A stretch of 64,000 bases of DNA, taken from contig DATIOK010000068.1 of assembly GCA_035473255.1 (NCBI GenBank), positions 11,858 through 75,857 on the forward strand, written 5' to 3'. Under the pieces are notes generated by a model. It was not told where the DNA came from. It did not search any database and saw only the letters and a list, made by a program, of their open reading frames with translations. Shown in pieces: positions 9,078 to 17,786 of this stretch (position 1 is its first letter; each line of letters begins with the position of its first letter). The translations under genes and the position numbers were made by a program. Source of the DNA: Gaiellales bacterium. Its GTDB lineage: Bacteria; Actinomycetota; Thermoleophilia; Gaiellales; JAICJC01.

Positions 9078-9578
9078 ATGATCGTGCTCGGCATCGACCC
9101 CGGTACGGCCTCGACCGGCTTCGGCGTGATCTCGGCGGAGGGCTCGACGCTGCGTGCCATCGACCACGGCCTGATCTCGACACCGCCCCGCGCGCATCCG
9201 TCCCGGCGGATGGGTGAGATCCACAGCCGGGTGGCGGCGCTGATCTCCCAGCACGTGCCCGAGGCGGTGGCCATGGAGGATCTGTTCGTGGGGGTGCATC
9301 CACGGGCGGTATTGTCGGTCGGCGAGGCGCGAGGAGCTGTGCTGGCCGCCTGCGGCCAGGCCGGGCTGGACGCGGCCGCCTACCCCCCGGCCGAGGTGAA
9401 GGCAGCGGTCTGCGGCTACGGCCGCGCCGACAAGCTGCAGGTGCAGCGGATGGTTGGGGCGATGCTCGCGACCGACCTGGCCGCTGCCAGCGACCACGCC
9501 ACCGACGCGCTGGCGGTGGCCATCTGCCACGCAGTGCGAAACCGCGGGCGGCGGCTAGTCCAGGCGGCGGCGGGATGA
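9078..9578 (+). CDS. ruvC: crossover junction endodeoxyribonuclease RuvC
   Basis: MIVLGIDPGTASTGFGVI (catalytic Asp), AMEDLF and DHATDALAVAICH are present. ATG at 9078, in frame with ORF 9021..9578. Confidence 0.9.
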   Translation: MIVLGIDPGTASTGFGVISAEGSTLRAIDHGLISTPPRAHPSRRMGEIHSRVAALISQHVPEAVAMEDLFVGVHPRAVLSVGEARGAVLAACGQAGLDAAAYPPAEVKAAVCGYGRADKLQVQRMVGAMLATDLAAASDHATDALAVAICHAVRNRGRRLVQAAAG

Positions 9579-10165
9579 TCGCGACCCTGCGCGGCAAGGT
9601 GCTGGAGCGCGGCCCCGGCCGGATCGTGATCGACGTGGGCGGCGTCGGCTACCTGCTGGCGGCCACCAGCGCCGCGATCCGGATGGCGGTGCCCGACGGC
9701 GAGGAGGTGACCCTGGTCACGCACCTGCACGTGCGCGAGGACGCGCTGATCCTGTTCGGGTTCGCCAGCACCGCCGAACGCGACCTGTTCGAGCTGCTGC
9801 TGGGGGTGTCCGGCGTGGGTCCGAAGGCGGCGCTGGCGATCGTGTCGGGGTACGCACCCGACCAGATCCGCCGCGCCATCGTCACGTCCGACCATGCGCT
9901 GTTCACGAGCATCACCGGCGTCGGCCGAAAGACCGCCGAGCGGGTCGTGATCGACCTCAAGGACAAGGTCGGATCGCTGCCGGCGACCCAGGTGCAGGAT
10001 GCCGCCGACTCACCGCCGGTCGACGACCACACCGCGGCCCGTGATGGGCTGGTGGGCCTCGGCATGTCCGTGGCGGAGGCCGAGGCGGCGCTGCGAAGCA
10101 TCGATGCCGACCTGCCGGTGGGTGAGCGGATCCGCCAGGCGCTGGCCGCTGGGGCGAGCGCATGA
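9575..10165 (+). CDS. ruvA: Holliday junction branch migration protein RuvA
   Basis: MIATLRGKV... OB domain, two HhH motifs ([25 protein letters not shown]) and a C-terminal domain III. ATGA overlap with ruvC. Confidence 0.9.
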   Translation: MIATLRGKVLERGPGRIVIDVGGVGYLLAATSAAIRMAVPDGEEVTLVTHLHVREDALILFGFASTAERDLFELLLGVSGVGPKAALAIVSGYAPDQIRRAIVTSDHALFTSITGVGRKTAERVVIDLKDKVGSLPATQVQDAADSPPVDDHTAARDGLVGLGMSVAEAEAALRSIDADLPVGERIRQALAAGASA

Positions 10166-11187
10166 GCGCGCCGGCCGACCGCATCCCCGATCCGCTGCTG
10201 GCGCCCGGCGAGGAGGAGCTCGACCAGACGCTGCGGCCGCGCCGGTTGTCGGAGTTCGTCGGCCAGGAGGCGGTCAAGGAGCAGCTCTCGATCTTCCTGG
10301 AGGCGGCGCGGGCCCGCAACGAGCCCTGCGAGCACGTGCTGCTGGCGGGGCCGCCCGGCCTCGGCAAGACCTCGCTGGCCGGGATCATCGCGGCCGAGAT
10401 GAGCTCGGCGCTGCGGATCATGTCCGGCCCGGCCATCGACCGCAAGGCCGATATGGCCGCGATCATGACCGCCCTCGAGCCCAACGACGTGCTGTTCATC
10501 GACGAGATCCACCGCCTCAACCGCTCGATCGAGGAGCTGTTGTATCCCGCCATGGAGGACGGCTGCATCGACGTCGTGATCGGCCAGGGCCCGGGTGCGC
10601 ACTCGATCCGCCTCGACCTGGCGCCGTTTACGCTGGTGGGCGCGACCACGCGCACCGGCCTGCTGACGACGCCGCTGCGCGACCGCTTCGGCATCACGCA
10701 CCGGCTCGAGCACTACCTGCCCGAGGAGATCGAGCAGATCGTCCGCCGCTCTGCAGGCATCCTGGCCGTCGAGATCGACGACGGTGGCTGCGGCGAGATC
10801 GCTCGCCGATCGCGCGGCACCCCGCGGGTGGCCAACCGCATCCTGCGCCGCGTCCGCGACTTCGCCCAGGTGCGGCACGACGGCGTGATCAGCCACGAGA
10901 TCGCATCCGAGGCACTGGAGCTGTTCGAGGTGGACGACCTCGGGCTGGAACGGATCGATCGCGAGATCCTGCGCCGCGTGGCAGAGACGTTCTCCGGCGG
11001 CCCGGTGGGCCTGTCCACGCTGGCCGTCGCGATCGGCGAGGAGCCGGACACGCTCGAGGACGTGTACGAGCCCTACCTGCTGCAGATGGGGCTGCTTCAG
11101 CGGACGCCGCGCGGCCGCGTGGTCACGAACGCCGCCTACCGGCACCTCGGGCTGACCGTGCCCGACCGCGATCCGCGGCTGTTCTAG
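10162..11187 (+). CDS. ruvB: Holliday junction branch migration DNA helicase RuvB
   Basis: [12 protein letters not shown], Walker [12 protein letters not shown], Walker [10 protein letters not shown], and the [14 protein letters not shown] winged-helix region. ATGA overlap with ruvA. Confidence 0.95.
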   Translation: MSAPADRIPDPLLAPGEEELDQTLRPRRLSEFVGQEAVKEQLSIFLEAARARNEPCEHVLLAGPPGLGKTSLAGIIAAEMSSALRIMSGPAIDRKADMAAIMTALEPNDVLFIDEIHRLNRSIEELLYPAMEDGCIDVVIGQGPGAHSIRLDLAPFTLVGATTRTGLLTTPLRDRFGITHRLEHYLPEEIEQIVRRSAGILAVEIDDGGCGEIARRSRGTPRVANRILRRVRDFAQVRHDGVISHEIASEALELFEVDDLGLERIDREILRRVAETFSGGPVGLSTLAVAIGEEPDTLEDVYEPYLLQMGLLQRTPRGRVVTNAAYRHLGLTVPDRDPRLF

Positions 11188-11501
11188 ATGGTTGATCGGT
11201 ATCTCTCGCGAGCCTGGCCGCTGCGGTTGGTCAGGGTTCGCGGCGGCCAGGGTGGCTACGGTTGCGAATCGTCGTCTCCGTCCGCGATCTGCGTAATCGC
11301 AGATCGCTCCCGATCGGTGCAAGGCCGTTGGCCTTGCACCTGGTCCTCGGTCGCGCCAATACGACCCGGTATTGACGCTCCCTGCGTCCGTGCGAGACTC
11401 GGTTCTCGCCCGGAAGTGATCTGCGTGATCGCAGATCCCTCCCGACCGGCGCAAGGCGGTGCCTTGCGCCTTGGACCTCACGGAGATAGCGACCAACCAT
11501 C
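11187..11501. repeat. TIR-flanked, hairpin-rich non-coding element (MITE-like) in the ruvB-pip intergenic region
   Basis: The terminal inverted repeats (TIRs) are 19 nt: GATGGTTGATCGGTATCTC at 11187..11205 versus the reverse complement of 11483..11501, GATGGTTGGTCGCTATCTC (17/19). Inside are two direct repeat units of about 62 nt (11286..11348, 11418..11479). Each unit carries hairpins GATCTGCG-N4-CGCAGATC and GG(T/C)GCAAGGC..GCCTTGC(A/G)CC. A third hairpin pairs CCTGGCCGC (11213..11221) with GCGGCCAGG (11243..11251). Confidence 0.45.
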
Positions 11502-11527
11502 CAGCGCCCCGGAGTTATCGTCCAGGG

Positions 11528-12478
11528 ATGCGTGAGCGCTACCCGGCGATCGAGCCGCAGCAGCAGGGAATGCTCGCTGCCGGCAACGGCCACGACGTCT
11601 ACTGGGAGGTGTGCGGCAACCCCGCTGGCAAGCCGGCGCTGGTGCTGCACGGCGGGCCGGGCTCGGGCTGCAAGCCGTGGCACCGCCAGATGTTCGACCC
11701 CGAGCGCTACCGCGTCGTGCTGCTCGACCAGCGCGGCTGCGGGCGCAGCACGCCCAGCGCCGGCACGGATCTGGCGGCGCTCGAGGCCAACACCACACCG
11801 CACTTACTGGACGACATCGAGGCGGTACGTGACCTGCTCGAGATCGACCGCTGGCTGGTGTGGGGCGGGTCGTTCGGGTGTGAGCTGGCGCTGGCCTACG
11901 CCGAGCGGCACCCGGCCCAGGTCAGCGAGCTGGTGCTGTGGGGCATCACCACCGGGCGCCGCAGCGAGGCTGATTGGCTGTTCCGCGGCGGCGTGGGCGT
12001 GATGTTCCCGGAGCAGTGGTACCGGTTCGCCGAGGGGGCGGATGACGACGACCCGGTCGCCGGGTACCGGCGGCTGCTGCACGACCCCGACCCGGCGGTG
12101 CACCGCAAAGCGGCCGAGGACTGGTGCGCATGGGAGTCGGTGACCCCGGACTGGCCGCCCGCCACCGGCATCGCCGAGCGTTTCCGCGATCCGGAGTTCG
12201 CGCTCGGATTCGCACGCCTGGTCACCCACTACGTGCACCACGATCTCTGGATCGAGGACGGCAGTCTGCTGCGCGACGCCGGTCGCCTGGCCCGAGTGCC
12301 CACCACGCTGATCCACGGCCGGTTCGATCTGCAGGCGCCGCTGGCCTCGGCGTGGGATCTGCACCTGGCGCTGCCCGACGCGACGCTGGACGTCGTCGGT
12401 GAGGGCGGCCATGCCGCCGGCGGCACGGAGATGCGCGACCGTCTGATCGCCGCCACCGATCGGCTCGCCCGTGTCTGA
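11528..12478 (+). CDS. pip: prolyl aminopeptidase (proline iminopeptidase), alpha/beta hydrolase
   Basis: YWEVCGNPAGKPALVLHGGPGSG, DQRGCGRS and the nucleophile elbow GGSFGCELALAY are present, with a C-terminal GGH. ATG 11528, in frame with ORF 11459..12478. Confidence 0.85.
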   Translation: MRERYPAIEPQQQGMLAAGNGHDVYWEVCGNPAGKPALVLHGGPGSGCKPWHRQMFDPERYRVVLLDQRGCGRSTPSAGTDLAALEANTTPHLLDDIEAVRDLLEIDRWLVWGGSFGCELALAYAERHPAQVSELVLWGITTGRRSEADWLFRGGVGVMFPEQWYRFAEGADDDDPVAGYRRLLHDPDPAVHRKAAEDWCAWESVTPDWPPATGIAERFRDPEFALGFARLVTHYVHHDLWIEDGSLLRDAGRLARVPTTLIHGRFDLQAPLASAWDLHLALPDATLDVVGEGGHAAGGTEMRDRLIAATDRLARV

Positions 12479-12953
12479 ACCAGCCGGTGTCTCGGCGCCC
12501 GCCCCCCGCCGCATGGCAGACTGGGCAGCCGTGCGCATGCTCCGCCGCCATCGCCAGTGGGCGATCCTGATCACCGCCGCCGTGGGCCTGCTGGTCGCGG
12601 CCGGCGCCGTCACGTTGACCGTCGTCGAGAGCGTCTCGAAGGGGCCGGCCTACCAGAAGGCCGCCGGCTACGTGCGCTCGGGCGGCGGCAGTGGGCTGAC
12701 CCGGATGCAGCTGGGCGCCGTGCTCGGTTTCGGGCTGGCGGTGACCGGGCCGATCAGCGAGAACGGGAGCTCGGGCCGGGCCGACCTCAGCTTCGACGTG
12801 CACGGAAACTGGCGCAGCGGCCGCGTCAAGATCACGGAGGTCAAGCGCGGCTCGCGATGGTTCGTGACGGGCGGCGTTCTGACCGTGGACGGCAAACGCT
12901 TCCAGATGCCATGCGCGCCACCGATCTCGCCTACGAGCTGCCTCCTGAGCTGA
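12471..12953 (+). CDS. membrane-anchored protein of unknown function
   Basis: One TM (WAILITAAVGLLVAAGAVTLTVV) followed by a small beta-rich domain (ADLSFDVHGNWRSGRVKITEVKRGSRWFVTGGVL). It overlaps the pip stop by 8 nt and the queA start by 43 nt. The start could be ATG 12513. Confidence 0.5.
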   Translation: MSEPAGVSAPAPRRMADWAAVRMLRRHRQWAILITAAVGLLVAAGAVTLTVVESVSKGPAYQKAAGYVRSGGGSGLTRMQLGAVLGFGLAVTGPISENGSSGRADLSFDVHGNWRSGRVKITEVKRGSRWFVTGGVLTVDGKRFQMPCAPPISPTSCLLS

Positions 12954-13918
12954 TCGCACAGCACGCGGCGGAGCCGCGTGACAGCGCGCGACTGCTGGTC
13001 TACGACCGCGCCGGCGGCGCGATCCGCCACCGGCTGTTCCGGGACCTCTCCCGGGAGCTTTCGCCCGGGGACCTGCTGGTCGTGAACGACACGCGGGTGC
13101 TGCCGGTGCGCGTGCGCGCGCGGCGGGCCACGGGCGGTGCGGCCGAGGTGCTGCTGCTCGAGCCCGCCGGCGACGGAAGCTGGGAGGCGCTGGTGCGGCC
13201 CTACCGGAGGCTGCGGGAGGGGGAGGTGCTGGAGGCCGGCGACATGCGCGTCACGATCGTCGAACGGGTGGGGGAGGGGCGCGTGCGGGTGCGCGTGTCG
13301 GCGCCCGGCACGCTCGAGCAGGCGCTCGCGGCGTCGGGCGAGATGCCGCTTCCGCCCTACATCACAGAGCCGCTGGGCGATCCGGCCGACTACCAGACCG
13401 TGTACGCGCAGCACCCCGGGTCGGCGGCCGCGCCCACGGCCGGCCTGCACTTCAGCGAGCGCATGTGGGACGAGATCCGCCGCGACCACGAGGTGGCGGC
13501 GGTCACGCTGGACGTCGGCCTGGACACCTTCAGACCGCTGGCCGAGGAGGTGGTGGAGGACCATCCGATCCACTCCGAGCGCTACCGGGTGCCGGAGCCG
13601 ACCGCCGCTGCGGTCGAGCGGGCGCGATCCGAGGGACGCCGGATCGTGGCCGTGGGCACCACCAGCGTGCGCGTGCTGGAGACGGTGTTCGGCGAGCATG
13701 GGGCTGCCCTCGAGGGACGCACCCGGCTGCTGATCACGCCCGGCTACCGGTTCCGGGCGACCGGGGCGATGATCACGAACTTCCACCTGCCGCGCTCGAC
13801 CCTGCTGGCGCTGGTGATGGCGTTCGCGGGCGTTGAGCAGACGCGCGACCTGTACCGTACCGCCGTGTCCGAGCGTTACCGCTTCTACAGCTTCGGCGAC
13901 GCGAGCCTGATCCTGTGA
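12911..13918 (+). CDS. queA: tRNA preQ1(34) S-adenosylmethionine ribosyltransferase-isomerase QueA
   Basis: YELPPELIAQ..PRDSARLLV, NDTRVLPVR, LPPYI, TAGLHF, VGTTSVRVLE and TNFHLPRSTLL are present. ATG 12911, in frame with ORF 12557..13918. Confidence 0.9.
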   Translation: MRATDLAYELPPELIAQHAAEPRDSARLLVYDRAGGAIRHRLFRDLSRELSPGDLLVVNDTRVLPVRVRARRATGGAAEVLLLEPAGDGSWEALVRPYRRLREGEVLEAGDMRVTIVERVGEGRVRVRVSAPGTLEQALAASGEMPLPPYITEPLGDPADYQTVYAQHPGSAAAPTAGLHFSERMWDEIRRDHEVAAVTLDVGLDTFRPLAEEVVEDHPIHSERYRVPEPTAAAVERARSEGRRIVAVGTTSVRVLETVFGEHGAALEGRTRLLITPGYRFRATGAMITNFHLPRSTLLALVMAFAGVEQTRDLYRTAVSERYRFYSFGDASLIL

Positions 13919-15033
13919 GCATCGGCGACTTCGAGCTGGTGGCGCGCGACGGGGGCGGCCGCGCCGGGTTGCTGGAGACGGCCCACGGCGTGGTGGAGAC
14001 GCCCGTCTTCATGCCCGTCGGCACCAAGGCCAGCGTCAAGGCGCTGCTGCCCTCCGAGCTGCGCGACCTGGGGGCGCAGATCGTGCTCGGAAACACCTAC
14101 CACCTGCACTTCCGGCCCGGCGCGGACGTGATCGCCGACCTGGGCGGCCTGCACCGGTTCATGGCCTGGGACGGCCCGATCCTGACCGACTCGGGCGGGT
14201 TCCAGGTGTTCTCGCTGCGCCACACGGCCGACCGGGTCGACGACGACGGGGTCACGTTCCAGTCGGTCTACGACGGATCGCGGGCGCGCTTCACGCCGGA
14301 GCTGGCGATGGAGGTGCAGCGGCAGCTGGGTTCCGACATCGCGATGGCGTTCGACGAGTGCACGCGCGCCGACGTGACGCCCGAGCAGCTCGCGGAGGCG
14401 GTCAGGCGCACGGCGCTGTGGGCGCAGCGCAGCCGTGGGGCGGAGCGCGCGCCCGGGCAGCTGGTGTTCGGGATCGTGCAGGGAGCGACCGACCTGGCGA
14501 TGCGGGAGCGCAGCGCGGCCGACATCGTTGGGATCGGATTTGACGGCTACGCGATCGGCGGGCTGTCGGTGGGAGAGGAGCGCGGGCTGATGCTGGAGAC
14601 GGTCGCGGCGACGGCCGAGATGCTGCCGGCCGACCGGCCGCGCTACTTCATGGGCATCGGCGATCCGGACGGCCTGCTGGGGGTGATCGAGCGCGGAGTG
14701 GACATGTTCGACTGCGTGCTTCCGACCCGGCTCGGGCGCACCGGAAGCGCGCTGGTTCCAGGCGGGAGGCTGAATCTGCGCAACGCGCGGTTCGCCCGCG
14801 ACGGCTCGCCGCTGGTCGAGGGATGTGGGTGTCCGGCCTGCCGCGACTTCTCCCGGGCCTACATCCGCCACCTGATCACACAGGACGAGATCACCGGCCT
14901 GCGGCTGCTGACCGTGCACAACCTGCACCACGTGATCGAGCTGGTGACCGGCGCCCGGCGGGCGATCGTGGAGGGCCGCTTCGCACGCTTCCGGGAAGAG
15001 CTGGCGGCGGAGGCGGCCGGGGCCATCAACTAA
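13915..15033 (+). CDS. tgt: queuine tRNA-ribosyltransferase Tgt
   Basis: TPVFMPVGT, LGNTYHL, TDSGGFQVFSL, DECT, GGLSVGE and DCVLPTR are present, with the zinc site CGCPACRDFSRAYIRH. GTGA overlap with queA. Confidence 0.95.
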   Translation: MSIGDFELVARDGGGRAGLLETAHGVVETPVFMPVGTKASVKALLPSELRDLGAQIVLGNTYHLHFRPGADVIADLGGLHRFMAWDGPILTDSGGFQVFSLRHTADRVDDDGVTFQSVYDGSRARFTPELAMEVQRQLGSDIAMAFDECTRADVTPEQLAEAVRRTALWAQRSRGAERAPGQLVFGIVQGATDLAMRERSAADIVGIGFDGYAIGGLSVGEERGLMLETVAATAEMLPADRPRYFMGIGDPDGLLGVIERGVDMFDCVLPTRLGRTGSALVPGGRLNLRNARFARDGSPLVEGCGCPACRDFSRAYIRHLITQDEITGLRLLTVHNLHHVIELVTGARRAIVEGRFARFREELAAEAAGAIN

Positions 15034-15042
15034 ACTGAGCGC

Positions 15043-17733
15043 GTGTCCGAGAAGCGTAGGAACTGGCTGATCCTGGGCGTCGTCGTGGCGCTGATGATCG
15101 GCTGCGGCCTTCTCATGACACAGCGGAGCTTCCGCCTCGGCCTCGACCTGCGCGGCGGTCTCGAGGTCGTGCTGGACGCGCGCCCCCTGCCCGGCCAGAC
15201 CGTCAGCCAGCAGGATCTGAACACCTCGGTCACGATCCTTTCCAAGCGCATCGACCCGAACGGCACGCTCAACCCGGAGATCCGCAGCTCGACGAACCCC
15301 AACCAGATCACGATCGCCATCCCCGGCGTGCGCGACCCGGCGGCGGTCGCCTCGCTGCTCGTGTCCAGCGGCCAGCTGCAGAGCTTCGACATGTTCAAGT
15401 ACCTGAACAACGTCTCCAAGGGCACACAGCCCTTCAGCGCGCTGCCGGCCGACTCGCTGTACAGCCTGCTGACCAAGCCTGAGGTCAAGGCTCAGGCCAA
15501 GTCCGACGGCGTCGGCTCGTGGGCGCTGTTCGACGCGAATCACAAGCAGCTGGGCAAGGTCGAGCCGCAGCAGACCCAGGTGCTCCAGGACTTCAACCCG
15601 CAGAACCCGGTGAAGCCGCCCGGGGCGCAGTTCCTGGGGATCCCCAAGGGCACCGAGGTGGTGTCGTGCGACGCGTCGACCGGCTGCCCGGGTGCCACGG
15701 CGACCACCGGCACCTTCTACTACCTGTTCAACCTGAACCAGAACGAGAAGGGCAACCCGAATGTGATCACGGGCGATCAGGTGTCGGCGTCGTCGGACAC
15801 CGACCCCAACACCGGCCAGCCGATCGTGACGCTGAGCTACAAGAACGGCGGCGGCGCCGAGTTTACGAACATCTCACGGTCGCTGGCACAGCAGGCGCGG
15901 GCGGCAGGCATGGCCGACGGCCAGATCAATCCGCCGAAAGGCCTGCCCAACGCGATCGTGGTCGACGGCCAGCTGGTGGCGACGCCGGTGGTCGATCCCG
16001 ACGAGAACCCGAACGGCATCAACGCCACCTACAGCGGCAGCAGCGTGATCAGCGGCCTGACCAAGGCCGACGCCGACCGGATCGCCCTCGAGGTGCAGTC
16101 AGGCTCGCTGCCGATCAAGTTCACGGCCACCTCCTTCAATAACGTCTCGGCCACGCTCGGCAAGGACTCGCTGCGAAACGGCCTGATCGCAGGCGCGGCC
16201 GGCCTGCTGTTCGTGATGATCTTCCTGATCGTCCTGTACGGCTTCCTGGGAGTGATCGCCGACATCGCGCTGATCATCTACGGCGTGCTGCTGGCGGGGA
16301 TCGTGCTGCTGTGGCCGATCACGATGACCCTGCCCGGCATCGCGGGCACCATCCTCACAATCGGTGTTGCCGCCGATGCAAACATCGTCATCTTCGAACG
16401 TATCAAGGAGGAGGTGCGGTCCGGGAAGAGCATCCGCACCTCGATCGCCACCGGCTATCGGCGTGGCTTCCATACGATCATCGACGCCAACGTGGTGACG
16501 CTGATCACGGCCGCGGTGCTGATCCTGGTGGCCACCTCGAGCGTCAAGGGCTTCGCCGTGATGCTCGCCCTGGGCGTGCTCGTGTCGATCTTCACGGCGG
16601 TGGTCGCGACCCGGGCGATGCTGAGCCTGCTGGCCGGCTTCTCGTTCATGTCCAGCCCGCGGGTGCTGGGCCAGGTCGGCTCCGGCGACCGCTGGAAGAA
16701 GTACGACTTCATCGGCCGCACCAAGGTCTGGTTCGCGATCTCCGGGGTGTTCCTGGTGGTATGCGCGATCAGCCTGGGCGTGCAGGGGCTGAACAGGGGC
16801 ATCGACTTCACCGGCGGCAGCCAGTTCAACTTCACCGTGCCGACGGCGACCAGCACCACCGCTGTCACGAACACGTTCAACCAGGCCGGCATCTCGGATC
16901 CGGTGGTGCAGGGTGTCGGCAAGTCCCAGAACGGTGACTACACGCAGTTCCAGGTCAAGTCGCACGCGCTGGCAGGCCCGCAGCAAAACGCGTTGCTGCG
17001 GTCGATCCAGTCGACATACCACATCGCGCCCAACTCGATCGACAGCAAGAACGTGAGCTCGTCGTTCGGCCAGTCGGTGCTCGACCAAGCCTACCTGGCG
17101 ATCGGGTTCTCGCTGCTGATCATCTTCTTGTACGTGTCCTTCCGCTTCGAGTGGCGCTACTCGGTGCCGATGATGGTGGCGCTCGGGCACGATATCCTGA
17201 TCACGCTTGGCATCTACTCGCTGTCGCAGCGAGAGGTCACGGCCGACACGGTGGCGGCGGTGCTGACGGTGCTGGGCTACTCGCTCTACGACACGGTGAT
17301 CGTCTTTGACAGGGTGCGTGAGAACATCCCGATCCTGCGGCGGATGACGGCCAGCCAGGTCGTCAACGAGTCGCTGGCCGAGACGATCACACGGTCGCTG
17401 AACACGTCCGCGGTGACGCTGATCCCGGTCACGCTGCTGTTCATCTTCGGCACCGGATCGCTGAAGGACTTCGCGTTCGCGCTGATGATCGGCATCGCAT
17501 CCGGCGCCTACTCGTCGATCTTCATCGCATCGCCGCTGCTGGCGATCCTGCTCGAGCGCGAGGACCAGTTCAAGGGCCGGCGCAGCGACGCGCGTGTAGC
17601 GGCCGCGAAGCTGGCGCCGGAGCCGGTGCCGGTGGGAGCGGCGGTCTCCGCTGACAGGCCCGAGCCGGCCGCGCGGACATCGGGCCCAGCGCCGCGCAGA
17701 AGGCGTCGCAAACCGCACGGCCGCGCCAGGTAG
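15043..17733 (+). CDS. secDF: protein translocase subunit SecDF (fused SecD-SecF)
   Basis: 896 aa. It begins with an N-terminal TM, GLDLRGG and a large periplasmic domain. A 5-TM block follows (TLPGIAGTILTIGVAADANIVIFERIKEE), then a second periplasmic loop and a second TM block (LGYSLYDTVIVFDRVREN). No separate yajC sits between tgt and this gene (9-nt gap). Confidence 0.9.
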   Translation: MSEKRRNWLILGVVVALMIGCGLLMTQRSFRLGLDLRGGLEVVLDARPLPGQTVSQQDLNTSVTILSKRIDPNGTLNPEIRSSTNPNQITIAIPGVRDPAAVASLLVSSGQLQSFDMFKYLNNVSKGTQPFSALPADSLYSLLTKPEVKAQAKSDGVGSWALFDANHKQLGKVEPQQTQVLQDFNPQNPVKPPGAQFLGIPKGTEVVSCDASTGCPGATATTGTFYYLFNLNQNEKGNPNVITGDQVSASSDTDPNTGQPIVTLSYKNGGGAEFTNISRSLAQQARAAGMADGQINPPKGLPNAIVVDGQLVATPVVDPDENPNGINATYSGSSVISGLTKADADRIALEVQSGSLPIKFTATSFNNVSATLGKDSLRNGLIAGAAGLLFVMIFLIVLYGFLGVIADIALIIYGVLLAGIVLLWPITMTLPGIAGTILTIGVAADANIVIFERIKEEVRSGKSIRTSIATGYRRGFHTIIDANVVTLITAAVLILVATSSVKGFAVMLALGVLVSIFTAVVATRAMLSLLAGFSFMSSPRVLGQVGSGDRWKKYDFIGRTKVWFAISGVFLVVCAISLGVQGLNRGIDFTGGSQFNFTVPTATSTTAVTNTFNQAGISDPVVQGVGKSQNGDYTQFQVKSHALAGPQQNALLRSIQSTYHIAPNSIDSKNVSSSFGQSVLDQAYLAIGFSLLIIFLYVSFRFEWRYSVPMMVALGHDILITLGIYSLSQREVTADTVAAVLTVLGYSLYDTVIVFDRVRENIPILRRMTASQVVNESLAETITRSLNTSAVTLIPVTLLFIFGTGSLKDFAFALMIGIASGAYSSIFIASPLLAILLEREDQFKGRRSDARVAAAKLAPEPVPVGAAVSADRPEPAARTSGPAPRRRRRKPHGRAR

Positions 17734-17786
17734 TCACCCTATCGGGGGTATGCCTGACACCCCTCGAAGTCGATATCTCGGGAAGA

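Noticed and set aside
7217-9274. 685-aa minus-strand ORF spanning pdxT, yebC, dedA and ruvC
   Set aside because: It is extremely Arg/Ala/Gly/Pro-rich with no motifs. It lies antisense or out of frame to four genes with unmistakable family signatures. This is a classic high-GC shadow ORF.
11286-11479. Possible CRISPR array (repeat-spacer-repeat look)
   Set aside because: There are only two imperfect units of about 62 nt, far longer than CRISPR repeats. Each unit contains two hairpins. There are no cas genes in the window.
9649-11496. 615-aa minus-strand ORF opposite ruvA/ruvB and running through the repeat element
   Set aside because: It is antisense to RuvA/RuvB, which carry Walker and HhH motifs. 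Its composition is biased (R, A, G, P, D). It continues through non-coding hairpin repeats.
11188-11535. 115-aa ORF starting with ATG immediately after the ruvB TAG (possible stop-start-coupled small protein)
   Set aside because: Its repeated peptide strings (ICVIADRSRSVQG and ICVIADPSRPAQG) simply mirror the DNA hairpin repeats. The composition is non-protein-like. The ORF runs into the pip start. A non-coding element is the better explanation.
13885-17718. 552-aa (13885..15543) and 539-aa (16099..17718) minus-strand ORFs
   Set aside because: They are antisense to tgt and secDF, both confidently identified. The translations are Arg/Asp/His/Gly-rich low-complexity sequence.
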